Assembly (NCBI RefSeq): GCF_009914755.1
Contig: NC_060933.1
Origin: the human T2T-CHM13v2.0 reference genome, Homo sapiens
Length of the DNA stretch: 64,000 nt
Direction: 5' to 3' (one strand)
Position numbers and translations under genes: made by a program. Below the pieces are notes generated by a model that saw only the letters and a list, made by a program, of their open reading frames with translations, had not been told where the DNA came from and ran no database searches. This document shows positions 15,191-33,522 of this stretch, in pieces. The stretch's first letter is position 1, and each line of letters starts with the position of its first letter.

Positions 15191-15660
15191 CACTGCCACT
15201 CTTGCAGAGAGAAAAGCATTCTTCACCAAAACAACACCGTATTTCTAGTGGTAAGAGACTCAAATTCCAGACAAGAAATCAAATACGGTGTCCTGTAACA
15301 GATTAACTTAGGAAGACAAATGTATTCCAAAGGCAAGACTGCAAGTTATACCTGCCTTTACACAAACATCGACGGTCCCAAAATTCTGCATGGGGCTTGT
15401 GAGACAGTCTCTTCCTCTGACTATGACAATCTAGGAACAACAGGACAAAAAACAATTCTTCAGGCCCAGAACTGGTTCCCTGACACATTCTAGACCCTGC
15501 TTAAGGACACAGAAGTCTGATTCTGGAGATGCCCTTGCTCTTGAAGACCCAACTGTGCAGTGTTCTGCGTGCCTGAGTCCCACGCCCCAGCCTACCATGG
15601 CCACCATGGCGGGTTTGGCCAGTACTCTACAAAGCCCAGAAGCATCAGGCACCTGAGAAC

Positions 15661-15789
15661 CATGCCCTTGTTACATTTAAGTCATGTGACTCACTGACTA
15701 GGAAGACAGAAACTTCTAGAAAGAAAGCCAAAGAGAATCCACAGCTGCTTTCTGCAAGCCAGATTTACTTGAAAATGCAAGTGATGAGG
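15661..15789 (+). repeat. Diverged direct repeat, copy 1 (pairs with 16941-17069)
   Basis: Ungapped alignment, about 98/129 identical, offset 1280 bp. Confidence 0.85.
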
Positions 15790-16314
15790 CTGTCACTCCC
15801 ACCCTGAGGATGAGGGGAAGGAGGAGGGAGGCTTTGCTGTCTCCCAGAAAATCAACAAGAACACAGTTTCCAGGCGCTGTGGAGAAAATGTATTATTCGG
15901 AAGTCTGAGCTCCAAGAGACTCCTTGTCCTTGCAGTGGGGCCATCTGTGTTCTCTAGGTTGTGGTTTTCGCCGGCAAGTCTAAACACTTCCATTGATCGG
16001 TCAACAAGAACAGAACTTATTTACCTGCCACAGTACCTCGGGCTGTAGCTCTGATAAGGGCCCCTCAAGGTGCCCTTCCCAAGCGACCAGCCTGCTTGCT
16101 TCTGCTATTTCCTTTTTATTCAGGAATGCCTCATGCTACTAAAATAGCAGACAAGGTTTAAATACACTGCTACTTTGTGTGTCTAGCCATTTTAAAAAAT
16201 TATTTTCAACCTTACCACCAGTATTAACATCTCCTACATCAGAAGAAAGGTGCCACAGGAATCAGGGTGCTACACAGCATAGGGTTTGGGGGACACACTC
16301 CTGTGATACTCCAT

Positions 16315-16758
16315 TGTATTAGGGCTCTCCAGAGGAGCAGAACCAATAGGATATATATAGATGTATAGAAAGTGATCGACTACAAGGGACTGGCATATGC
16401 AATTACTGAGGCCAGGAAGTCCTGTGGTCTGCCATCTGTGAGGTGGAGGCCCAGGAAAGCCAGGGGTGTGGCTCCAGCCCAGACCCAAAGGCCTAAGAAC
16501 CAGGGAAGCCAGTGTCTGAGGGCAGGAGAGGATGGAGGTCCCAGCTCAAGCAGAACGGGAACTCTATCTTCCTACACGTTGTTGTCCTATTCAAGCCCTC
16601 CGTAGACTGAATGGTACCCACCCGCAGTGGTGAGGAAAGCCTTCTTTACTCGGTCACCAATTCAAATGCTCATCCCTTTCAGAGACACCCACGCAGAGGT
16701 GTGCCAGCTTTCTGGGCATCCCTTGACAGTCAAATTGACACATAAAAGAACCATTATA
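16315..16758 (-). mobile_element. MLT2 (ERVL) solo LTR
   Basis: tgtattagggctctccagaggagcagaaccaatagg...aaattgacacataaaagaacca. Confidence 0.85.
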
Positions 16759-16940
16759 CCTTCTTGTCCAGAAGTCTTTGCAGATAACCGTCCATGAATT
16801 CTAATGAAGCCTGGGAACCTATCCAGAGCTGGGGCAAGAAAGGATCCATGCAAGTAGGAAACTAGCAAAACCTGCAGGCTCCAGCATCCTGCCAGTCATC
16901 TGCAGACCCCAGAGGGGTCCACAAGCAAGTGCTCAACAAC

Positions 16941-17069
16941 ACCGTCCTAGTTACATTCGGGTCATGTGGCTTCTTGACCAGGAAGAGAGAAACCTCTCAA
17001 ACAAAAGCTAAAGAGAATCCACAGCTGCCTTCTCCAAACCTGTTACAGCTGGAAAAGCAAGTGATGAGG
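16941..17069 (+). repeat. Diverged direct repeat, copy 2 (pairs with 15661-15789)
   Basis: See copy 1. Confidence 0.85.
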
Positions 17070-17599
17070 AAATCACATGAGCTCATGCTTGTGAAGCACT
17101 CTGTACAAACAGGCACTGTGGAAGCATTCACTATTTTGTTAACGATAAGGTCATTTTTTTCCTCGAGGTCAGGTTGTTCATTCCAGTTTCACTCACTGGC
17201 ATCTCTCCCCAGAGCACACAGGCACTCACACAAAAATAACTGTCTTCCTAGTTATCCCACAGGTATGGACAATCGCTGGTACGACCATTGGATTGTCCAC
17301 TGCCTTGCTGAGTTCCAGCAGGCTGCTCTGATGGGGAACAAAAAAAAAAAGCAACCTGTGGGCAGCGAGGAGGTTTTTCTAGGGAATCTGCGTAGACTGT
17401 CTTTGTCAAATGTGGGAAGGAAAGGGGTCCTCCCAGGAATTAGGATCTGCTGCGAGGTTGTGCCAGGGCATCCACGCCTGCGTTTCTCTCAGTGTTGGCC
17501 TCGCTGATCCCACCATCCCTCCAGGTGCGCTGTAGAACTTCCAAGACTCATTGCCATGAATATGTTAGCTAGGTGGTCGTCAAGTCTACAGGTTCTTCC

Positions 17600-17880
17600 T
17601 CCCCACAGCTCTTGGGTCCACCCTCTTCCACTGCTGCTAACACAGTTCAGGGCACCATCATTTCTTCTGGACTGCTGCAAGGTCATCAGAACTGGTCTCC
17701 CCAATGTCAGCCCTGCCGCTTTCAGTACAGTCATGTTATTCCCTGTTGAAAGCCACTCAATGGCTTCAGCTCGGTCTGGCATGATGAAGCTTCCTCCGTA
17801 ATCTGGGTTCAGCTCCATCACACTCCTCCCACACCTCCAACTGAGCTAAACCAAAATGCCACAGGAGTTCCTGACCTTAA
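17600..17880 (+). mobile_element. L2 fragment
   Basis: cagttcagggcaccatcatttcttctggactgctgcaa...aactggtctccc matches the L2 3' region. Confidence 0.6.
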
Positions 17881-18615
17881 GCCCTTGTGTCACTCACTTT
17901 ATTATTCATAGTTTGTCCCCAGTGTTGCAACCAAGAGCTGAGGCTCCTTGGGCTCTCTCATTTTTGAACATCAAATGCAGGTCTCCTTTGCCATGCAATG
18001 TGACTGTCTGATTCACAAGAGCATGGCCCTGCAAGTGTATGCCAGGTGGCCCTACCCACATCAGCAGATACATTGGCAGACAATCAGGATGGATCAGGAC
18101 AATCTCTCTGAATACATCCATCCATTTGGAAGGAAGGCAATCAAGATGGAGATTAAAACCAGCTTAACATGGAACTAGAGAGGCAAAACAGCCTCCCTTG
18201 TGAGGTTCTGAGTTGTAGAGTAGGAAGGTGGCATGTCCTTGCCTCACTACCCCTTCGTTCCCATTCGGTGGCTGACAGCTTCTGTTTCTCATTTCTTATT
18301 AGACTAAAGCTTGACTCTTGCTCTGCTGTTTCTTTTCATTGATGAAGCTTAAATAACCAGTAATCACAGCATGCAAAATAGTGTGCACCAGACTTCATAT
18401 AGTTAAAGTGAGAGTCTTCATTTTTGAAAATATGCTCCAGGCAACTTTGGAAAAAGCAGAATTACTTCCTCTTGTAGGCCACTGGACAGACCCTACTTCG
18501 TCCTAAAGTAAGGTGAAGGCCAAAAGACGGGCTTCCAGGGCCAACTACACTACACCTACCTTTTGCCTTAACTTTATTCACTTGTGGGCAACATCAAAAG
18601 ATGAGCCTATTTTGG

Positions 18616-18940
<325 letters not shown>

Positions 18941-18966
18941 CTACTTCTTTCAAAAACTAGGTGGAG

Positions 18967-19240
18967 GTCGGACACAGTGGCTCACGCCCGTAATCATAGC
19001 ACTTTGGGAGGCCAAGGCAGGCGGATCACTCGAGATCAGGAGTTCGAGACCAGCCTGGCCAACATGGCGAAACTCCCTCTCTACTGAAAATACAAAAAAA
19101 ATGAGCTGGGCATGGTGGTGGGCGCCTGTAATCCCAGCTGTTCCGGAATCTGAGGCAGGAGAATCGCGTGAGCTGAGGAGGCAGAGGTTGCAGTAAGTGG
19201 AGAGGGCACCACTGCACTCCAGCCTGGGCGACAGAGTAAA
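18967..19240 (+). mobile_element. AluS
   Basis: Alu consensus with a short 3' end. Confidence 0.9.
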
Positions 19241-19829
19241 ATAAAAGTAATTTTAAAAACTAAGTGGAAATTAAATGAAATTTAATATTAAATGTTTCCA
19301 AATAAAACATTATAATTTATTAAAATCCTTTTTAAAAAACTTTAAAAATCTTTTTGAAAAAAACTTTCTAAAAAGCAATTTAAAGGGAATCTTTGCCTTT
19401 TACAGTATTGAGTCCACTGCTCTTTTCCTTTCCTCTTTCGTTCTTTAATTCCTTCATGTCTCGCAATAAAGGAAGAAACACGTACAGTTTGGGCATATAT
19501 CTAGTTGCACATATCCTGGCCCTAGTGTAAAAGACCACAGGGTTTACAGGAGCGCGTAGCCTTTTCTTAATTTAAAAGAATACAGGACGCAGGAGAGAAC
19601 CACACCCCGCAGACCCAGGCGTAGCGAGTTGTCTGCCCTGTGGCACTCTGTCACCTAGTGTCTGAATCTGCATATTGCACTCTCCTCGATATCCCTTGGT
19701 CTGCGAAGGATGAAGTTCCTTCCACCATACGGCCACCGCCATCACCATCACCTTACGACCAACCCCAATGCTCTGCAATGGAGAACAAGCGCCACCATGT
19801 TGCAGGGTTCCAGAAAGCAGCAGCTCTGG

Positions 19830-20050
19830 AACCAGACAGACCTAACTTAGACTCCTAGCTTCCCGTTTACCAGCCGAGACTTTGAGCAAGGGACTTTACC
19901 TTTTTAAGCCCTAGTTTCTACATCTATAGAATATGGATGGTAAAAATGCCTGTCTCTAGACTTGTAACCACTGAGCTTCTAGAAAGCCAAATGGGTATGA
20001 TGTTATAAACATTAAATGAAATATCACAGATAAAGTGCCTGCAAAGCATA
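19830..20050 (+). mobile_element. MIR
   Basis: gactttgagcaagggactttacc...agtttctacatctatagaat core. Confidence 0.65.
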
Positions 20051-20055
20051 GATCA

Positions 20056-20167
20056 GGCTGGGTGCAGTGGCTCAGGCCTATAATCTCAGCACTTTGGGAG
20101 GCTGATGCAAGCAGATCACTTGAGGTCAGGAGTTCAAGACCAGCCTGGGCAACAGGGTGAAACCCCA
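20056..20167 (+). mobile_element. Alu left arm only
   Basis: Ends at gtgaaacccca, directly abutting the LTR. Confidence 0.85.
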
Positions 20168-21013
20168 CGAGGACTAAATTATGTTTTTTTATCTTGCCCA
20201 AACTCCTATCTAAGGGGTCTGGGGCATCACGCCCTACAAATCACAAATTCTCATCAGATGGGTTTTAATTAGCCCTATATATTGTGACTTACTTTCCAAA
20301 CTGACTCTGGCATAACATGAGACAAGGGAGAAAATCAAAATATTTTACCCCAAAACATGTTCGTCATATTTTGTAATGGCCCTGCAAAGCTGTTCTGTAT
20401 AGGGGAAAATTTGCATCTGTAAAGAATCTATTAACACAGCTAGATCCTTTTCTTCCAGACCCTCCCAATCCTAAAGAGATTAACTAAGATCTAAATAAGA
20501 AACATTTGTCATCTGTTGTCTCTAAGGGCAGCACTATGAGACTTCAAAACAACTTAGGTCTCCACAATCTTTATCTTAACCTGAACATTCCTTTTCTATG
20601 AATCCCAGGTCTTCAGACAAACTCAACCAATTGTCAAAATACTTAAACTCACCTATAGCCTGGAAACCCGCGCCCCACCCTCTCAACCCTTTGACTTGCC
20701 CCCACCTTTCTGGACTAAACCAATGTAGTGCTCAAATGTATTTGATTGATGTCTCTTGCCTCCCTGAAATGTATAAAACCAAGCTGCACCCTGTCCACTT
20801 TGGGCACATGTTTTCAGGACCTCCTGGGGGCTGTGTCACTCATATTTGGCTCAGAATAAATGTCTTCAAATACTTTACAGAGTTTGACTCTTTTCGTCGA
20901 CATGCTCTAAACCTTGCCTCAGTCTCTCCCTCTGCCTTATGCCCCTCAAATTCTTTCTTCTGAGGTGGCAAGCACTGAAGTTGCTGCAGACCCATACAGA
21001 TTCGCTGCCAACA
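20168..21013 (+). mobile_element. MER4 family (MER4D/E-like) ERV1 LTR
   Basis: (T)GAGGACTAA...atcttgcccaaactcctatctaaggggtctgg start; ...gttgctgcagacccatacagattcgctgccaaca end. Confidence 0.85.
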
Positions 21014-22405
21014 TCCTGACCTGTCATTTTATGGGTAAGGAAACTAAACTACAAGGTCCTTAAATGGTCTCTCCACAGTATTAGCCAAACCTGAACAAGA
21101 TCCCAGGTGTTCCGAATTCCCATCCAAAAGAAAAGGGGAAACCCAATCCCGTTTCCATCTCACCCAGGATCTATTGTCTTCCCAAAGCACTTTACTTTCT
21201 TTCCTGCCCAGCTGTTGAAATATCAAACTGTACTAAGATTTTGGCCATGATGGACTCTGTTCTCTGCACACTAAGACATTTATCTTCCTGGTCATCATAA
21301 ATATTAATAAGTAATATTTGTTGCTGTTTACTGAGCAGTGTGTAAGCATCCATATTATTTAATGGAAGTTTTTCTAGCTGTGTTTTAAAGTTGCAGCATT
21401 TGAATGAATGAATGACTTCTGAGCCAAAGTGAGAAAAAACAAACAAGACACAAATGAGTTTTTTCTAAACTATTTTTCTCCCCGAAATTAGCTCTGCTAC
21501 TTTGCACAAGTCTCCTTTCCTAAGATCCAGCTTCTCATCTGTTCAATGCGGATATGAACATCTACAAGTTTATGGTAAAGTTTAAAAGCACATTTGTCTG
21601 ATACTAAGTAGCTAATAAACAATCGTTACTGTCATTACCCCAGTTGGCAATTTGAGCAGGGCTTCACAGGGAGTTTGGGTGACAGGCGATAAAGTAAAGG
21701 ACATTATGGAAAGTCTGAAAGAATGTAATAAGGATAATATATTTTAGATGTATTTTTCTCTTTTATATTTTGTAAATGACTTTTCCCCTAGTAAGCCTAA
21801 GGTGATTCTTATGCCTCAGGGAGGTTTGAGACTATTATAGGAGGAATGTAAATAGAAAAAAAAAAAGATAGATCTAGTTTTTGATTTCCAATTTGAGTTC
21901 CTAGAAAAACTGAGGACTGGGGGTGGCTCCGGCAAGATGGCCAAATAGGAACAGCTCTGGTCTGCAGATCCCAGCAAGACAAATGCAGAAGGCGGATGAT
22001 TTCTGCATTGCCAACTGAGGTACCCTGGCCATCTCATTAGGACTGGTTAGACAGTGGGTACAGCCCACAGAAGGCAAGCAGAAGCAGGGTGAGGCGTTGC
22101 CTTACCCTGGAAGCGCAAGGACCCAGGGGCCTCCCTCCCCAAGCCAAGGAAAGTTGTAAGGGACTGTGCTCTCTGGCCCAGGTACTATGCTTTTCCCATG
22201 GTTTTTGCAATCTGCAAATGAGATCCTCTCATGTGCCTACACCACCAGGGCCCTGGGTTTCAAGCTCAAAACTAGGTGGCTGTTTGGGCAGACACCAACC
22301 TAGCTGCAGGTTTTTTTTTTGTACCCTGGCAGTGCCCGGAACCCCAGCGAGACAGAACTGTTCACTCCCCTGGAAAGGGGGCTGAAGCCAGGGAGCCAAG
22401 TGGTC

Positions 22406-22537
22406 TCACTCAACAGGTCCCACTCCCATGGAACCCAGCAAGCTAAAAACCACTGGCTTAAAATTCTTGCGGCCAGCACAGCAGTCTGAAGTCCACCTGG
22501 GACGTTCGAGTTTGGTTGGGGGAGGGATGTCCATCAT
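22406..22537 (-). other. L1 ORF0-homologous antisense ORF (43 aa, truncated)
   Basis: MMDIPPPTKLERPRWTSDCCAG...SMGVGPVE aligns with ORF0 MAGAPPPASLPPCSLISDCCAS...SVGVGPSE; located in the L1 5' UTR on the antisense strand. Confidence 0.6.
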
Positions 22538-23229
22538 TACTGAGGCTTGGGTAGGTGGCTTTCCCCTGACAGTGCTAAGGATGCCAGGAAGTTTGGACTG
22601 GGCGGAACTCACCACAGGACTGCAAAGCGGCTGTGGCCAGACTGCCTCTCTAGAGTCCTCCTCACTGGGCAGGGCATCTCTGAAAGAAAGGGAGCAACCC
22701 AGTCAGGGTCTTACAGATAAAACTCCCATCTACCTGGGACAGAGCACCTGGGGGAAGGGGCAGCTGTGGGCGCAGCTTCAGCAGACTTAAACGTTCCTGC
22801 CTGCCGGCTCTGAAGAGAGCAGCAGATCTCCCAGCACAGCGCTCGAGCTCTGCTAAGGAACAGACTGCCTCAAGTGGGTCCCTGACCTCGGTGCCTCCTG
22901 ACTGGGAGAGACCACCCAACAGGGGTCGACAGACACCTCATACAGGAGAGCTCTGGTTGGCATCAGGCTAGTGCCCCTCTGGGATGAAGCTTCCAGAGGA
23001 AGGGCCAGGCAGCAATCTTTCTGTTCTGCAGCCTCCGCTGGTGATACCCACGCAAACAGGGCCTGGAGTGGACCTCCAGCAAGGTGCAGCAGACCTGCAG
23101 AAGACAGTCCTGTTAGAAGAGAAACTGACAAAAAGCAGTAACATCAACATCAACAAAAAGGATCCCCACACAAAAACCCCATCCAAAGGTCACCAGCCTC
23201 AAAGATTGAGGGTAGATAAATCCACAAAG

Positions 23230-24234
23230 ATGAGGAAAAAGCAGCGCAAAAATGCTGCAACTTCCAAAAACCAGAATGCCTCTTCTCCAAATGATTGCAA
23301 CTCCTCTCCAACAAGGGCACAAAACTGGATGGAGAGTGAGTTTGACAAATTAACAGAAGTAGGCTACAGAAGGTGGGTAATCAACTCCTCTGAGCTAAAG
23401 GAGCATGTTCTAACCAAATGCAAAAAACCTAAGAACCTTGATAAAATGTTACAGAGACTGCTAACCAGAATAACCAGTTTAGAAAAGAACATAAATGACC
23501 TGATGGAGCTGAGAAACATAGCACAAGAACTTCGTGAAGTGTACACAAGTATCAATAGCCAAATCAATCAAGTGGAAAAAAGGATCAGAGATTGAAGATC
23601 AACTTACCGAAATAAGTTATGAAGACAAGATTAGAGAAGAAAGAATGAAAAGGAACGAACAAAGCCTCCAAGAAATATGGGACTATGTGAAAAGACCTAC
23701 AACTGATTGGTGTACCCGAAAGTGAAAGGGAGAAAGGAATCAAGTTGGAAAACACATTTCAGGATATTATCCAAGAGAACTTCCACAACCTAGTAAGACA
23801 GGCCAACATTCAAATTCAGGAAATACAGAGAACACTACTAAGATACTCAAGAAGAGCAACCCCAAGACACATAATTCTCAGATTCTTCAAGGTTGAAACG
23901 AAGGAAAAAATGTTAAGGGCAGCCAGAGAGAAAGGTCGGGTTACCCACAAAGGGAAGCCCATCAGTCTAACAGCAGATCTCTCTACAGAAACCCTATAAG
24001 TCAGAAGAGAGTGGGGGCCAATATTCAACATTCTTAAAGAATTTTCAAGCCAGAATTTCATATCCAGCCAAACTAAGCTTCATAAGCAAAGGAGAATTAA
24101 AATCCTTTATATACAAGCAAATGCTGAGAGATTTTGTCACTACCAGGCCTGCCTTACAAGAGCTCCTGAAGGAAGCACTAAATATGGAAGAGAAAAACTG
24201 GTACCATCCACTGCAAAAACACATCAAAATGTAA
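23230..24234 (+). pseudogene. L1 ORF1p remnant (frameshifted)
   Basis: MRKKQRKNAATSKNQNASSP..., NEQSLQEIWDYVKRP, IIQENF, RATPRHII. Confidence 0.9.
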
Positions 24235-24297
24235 AGACCAATGACACTATGAAGAAATTGCATCAATTAATGTGCAGAATAACCAGCTAGCATCATG

Positions 24298-28103
<3,806 letters not shown>

Positions 28104-28443
28104 ACAATGAGAACACATGGACACAGGGAGGGGAACATCACACACTGGGGCCTGTCAGGGGGTGGGGGGCAAGGGTGGGGAGAACATTAGGATAAATACC
28201 TAATGCATGCAGGGCTTAAAACCTAGATGAGTCGATGGGTGCAGCAAACCACCATGGCACATGTATACCTATGTAACAAACCTGCATGTTCTGCACATGT
28301 ATCCCAGAATTCAAAGTAAAATGAAATAAAAAAGAAAAGCTGAGGATTAAGAATGCCCCTATCTATAGACTCTAGATATTGAACTTCTAGAAAGCCAAAT
28401 AGTACAGATTGATTTTTTTCATCCATCTGCCTCTGAAGAGTCA

Positions 28444-28834
<391 letters not shown>

Positions 28835-28940
28835 ATTAATGGCCGGAGAAGTGAACGCAGGTCCTCCACATTCTAGTTTAGGTCTCCATCCATGACAGCC
28901 TCCAGAGAAAACATTTGGATTTCTAGTGACAACCCCATAA

Positions 28941-29295
<355 letters not shown>

Positions 29296-29353
29296 TTTAA
29301 TCTTTGACAAGCCTCCACCTATTTGAGGTAAGGATTCAGAAGAAAAAAAAAAA

Positions 29354-29620
<267 letters not shown>

Positions 29621-29788
29621 ATTCAATCTTTCCTATTAGCTTTATTAAATACACTTTAACTTTAGAAGCACAATAATTAGAACTGTGCATAACTTTTAAC
29701 AAATTTTTCACAAAGAAATTAGTACCTTGTAGTGTTATTTATAATCATTTTTCTATTGATTTTTAAAGTTTTAAAACTCTAATACAAC

Positions 29789-30245
<457 letters not shown>

Positions 30246-30308
30246 CAATATTTTAAAAATAGCACATTATTACAGAAGCTAGATATGTACTTTAAATAAT
30301 TAGAAAAT

Positions 30309-30612
<304 letters not shown>

Positions 30613-30661
<49 letters not shown>
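30613..30661. repeat. (TA)n microsatellite in the Alu tail
   Basis: About 24 TA units. Confidence 0.97.
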
Positions 30662-30666
<5 letters not shown>

Positions 30667-30671
30667 AATTA

Positions 30672-31200
30672 GTGTGGCAGACAGATTCAATGGTTGTCCC
30701 ATCATCTGGGCCTGTGACATTCACACCTATGTGATGTGCATCTCCAACTGTGGGTGGGACCTGGGACTTGCTTCAATCAAAACAATATGGCAAAGGGTGA
30801 TAGAATGTCACTTGTGATATTACGTAGCAGCCTTTTTTTTTTTTTTTAAATGTGACAGTCTTGCTCTGTTGCTCAGGCTAGCAATGTTACCATTGCAGTG
30901 ATGCATTCTCGGCTCACTGCCTCCTAGGTTCAAGTGATTCTCGTGCCTCGACCTCCCGAGTAGTTGGGATTACAGGCATGCACCACCACACCTGGCTAAG
31001 TTTTGTATTTTTAGTAGAGATGAGGTTTTGCCATGTTGATCAGGCTGGTCTTCAGCTCCTGGCCTCAAGTGATCTGCCCACTTTGGCCTCCCAAAGTGCC
31101 GAGACTAGAGGAGTAAGCCACCGCGCCTGGCCCATATTATGTAGCTTCTAATGCCTGTCTTGTGAAAAACATTCTTCCATGTTGGCTTTGAGGAAGACCA
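30672..31200 (+). mobile_element. MLT1 (F/G-like) LTR fragment interrupted by an Alu (30833-31131, - strand)
   Basis: tgtgggtgggacctgggacttgcttc...aatatggcaaagg; Alu flanked by the TSD-like TATTA(C/T)GTAGC. Confidence 0.7.
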
Positions 31201-32086
31201 AAAAAAAAACAAACTGTATTTTGACTAGAGTGATGGAGAAAGAATGCTGCAAAGTACCAGTGGAGTGGTGAAATCCCTGCAGGGCACAGAAGCTCAGGAT
31301 GGCACCACAGAGAGGGAAGTGAGGCATCCTGCCTCTGACACACTGTCTCCCCAACTGGATTCAGCTCAGAGCCAGAGGAGACCTCTTCTTACAGGGAAAA
31401 AGGTAAGCTGGAGACCCTCACAGGTCCCCACCACTGCCACAAACACCAGAAATCATTGCTATAGGAGGGTCTCCCAGTCCTCACAGTCCTTAAATCCAGG
31501 AGAAACTCTTGCCAGAAGTCCACACCACTACCTTGCCCCGGAACAGGAACACTCTTGGCACTCCCAACCTCCATGATCTAAGCTGGTAGGGCACAACACC
31601 ATCTTGAAACCAGACCCACAGCTGGAGTACATCCTGTCCTAGGGGCCAGTAGCCACTAACCCCCCTCCATTCCTGAGGCCCTGCCATCATCCCACTACAT
31701 TCACATGGTACTTACAGCACCAATACTCCAACTGCTCAGAGCCTAGGCCTGGAGGAATGACCAAAACCCCAATATCTGAACCAATGAGAAACCCTATTCC
31801 CCAGGGAAACAGGAGGACCTGCATAGTCAGGAAGCCGTGACAGCAGCCTGGCCTGCATGTGCCTGCCCCTGGCATGACAGCCAGCCTAGAGATGCCCCCT
31901 ACTTGCCAAAGAGCTACTCAGCTACCCAGCTCTCATGTACCTACCCTCAGCCGAACATGCAGCCAAGAGGATGCAACCCTGTTCCTCCAGAGAGAGCCCC
32001 ATGCAGCTCCCTGGCATGCATGCCCACACCCAGCCTAGTGGTGGCCCTGCCCTTCTGCAGAGCTCACTGCACAGCCTGCCAGCTCA

Positions 32087-32120
<34 letters not shown>
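32087..32120. repeat. (CA)n microsatellite
   Basis: Read directly. Confidence 0.95.
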
Positions 32121-32122
<2 letters not shown>

Positions 32123-32780
32123 CCCTCCTCTGACCTGACAACCAACCCAGTGCCCCCAGCCCCAGCAAAACTGCAACACCACTGTCACGAACCCCCATGG
32201 CCTAGGTCACTGAGACAATTGCAGACATCACAATCAAGAATTACAGTGGAAGAATCTGTACAAAGACCATGTTACTGAGTTCATCCAGAACCTAAAGCAA
32301 TGCACCATTCCCAATCAACATCCTAGGACCCAATTACAGGGAAAAAAGCTTTTCCTATAAAAGCCACTCCATAAAATTGGGAAAAGTGCCTGTTCCACTA
32401 GATGCATAGATCTCAATGTAGGGATATAAGAAACATGATAAAAATCAAGGAAACATGACAGCCCCAATGGAACACAACACATCTCCATAATAGATCCCAA
32501 AGAAAAGGTTATTTATGAAATGGCTGAAAAGAAAAAGAAATTCCAAGTAATGATCTTAAGGAATCACAGCAAGATACAAGAGAATACAAACAATGTAGTG
32601 AAACCAGGAAGAATTTATAATCTGAATGAGAAATTCAACAGAGATAGATACCATAAAAAGGAATCAAAAAACAAATCTTGGAGCTGGAGAGTTCAATGAA
32701 TGAAATAAAAAAAATACAACTGAGAGCTTCGACAGCAGACTAGATTAAGCAAATGAATTTCTGAACTTTAAGACAGGTGT

Positions 32781-33065
32781 TGACTGGGCATGGTGGCTCT
32801 TGCCTGTAATCCCAGCACTTTGGGAGGCAGAGATGGGCTGATTGTTTGAGCTCAGGAGTTCAAGATCAGCCTGGGCAACATGGCAAAACCTCGTGTCTAC
32901 AAAAGACACAAAAATTAGCCAGCCATGATGGCAAGTGCCTGTGGTCCTAGCTACTCAGGAGGCTAAGGCAGGAAGATTGCTTGAGCCTCGGAGGTTGAAG
33001 TTGCAATGAGCCATGTTCACACCACTGCATTCCAGCATGGGTGACAAAAAATAAAAATAAAAAAA
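32781..33065 (+). mobile_element. AluJ nested in L1
   Basis: Diverged Alu. Confidence 0.9.
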
Positions 33066-33239
33066 ATGAAAATTTAATACTTGTTTAAGCAAACAAGTAT
33101 TTATATTATAGAAATGTCAAAAGGAGAGGAAGTGGAGAAAGGAATATAAAACCTATTTAATGAAATAATAGCTGAAGACTTCCTAAATCTTGAGAGAGAT
33201 GTATATCCAAATCCAGGAAGCTTAAAAGTCCCCAGTGAG

Positions 33240-33522
33240 ACCAGGCATGGTGGCTCATGTCTGCAATCTTAGCACTTTGAGAGGCTGAGGCAGGAGGATC
33301 ACTTGAGTCCAGGAGTTTGACACCAGCCTGGGCAACACAGTGATACCCTGTCTCTACAAAAGCAAACAAACAAACTAATACTAATACTAACTACTAGCTA
33401 CTTGGGAGGCTAGGGCAGGAGGATCACTTGAGTCCAGGAATTTGAGGTTGCAATGAGCTACAATCACACTACTACACTCAAGTCTGGACAACAGAGAGCA
33501 AGATACTGCCTCAAAAAAAAAA
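33240..33522 (+). mobile_element. AluJ nested in L1
   Basis: TSD AAAAGTCCCCA. Confidence 0.9.

Noticed and set aside
16929-17507. 192-aa ORF
   Set aside because: GTG start, no recognisable domain, runs through a poly-A tract; consistent with a chance ORF.
19240-19385. Very AT-rich tract with imperfect ~23-bp repeats
   Set aside because: Low-complexity sequence next to an Alu tail.
19500-19810. Mildly CpG-enriched patch with GCCACCATG and a weak CTCF-like match
   Set aside because: Too short and weak for a CpG island; the ORF after the Kozak-like ATG is trivial and the CTCF match has several core mismatches.
20850-21013. Two apparent MER4 3' termini (...TTCGTCGACA at 20902 and ...GCCAACA at 21013), with the LTR abutting an Alu left arm that does not resume
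   Set aside because: May reflect a recombinant MER4 subfamily consensus or an old deletion; cannot be resolved without a Dfam alignment.
22984-23595. 203-aa ORF
   Set aside because: L1 5' UTR in frame with the ORF1 N-terminus, then frameshifted; not a host gene.
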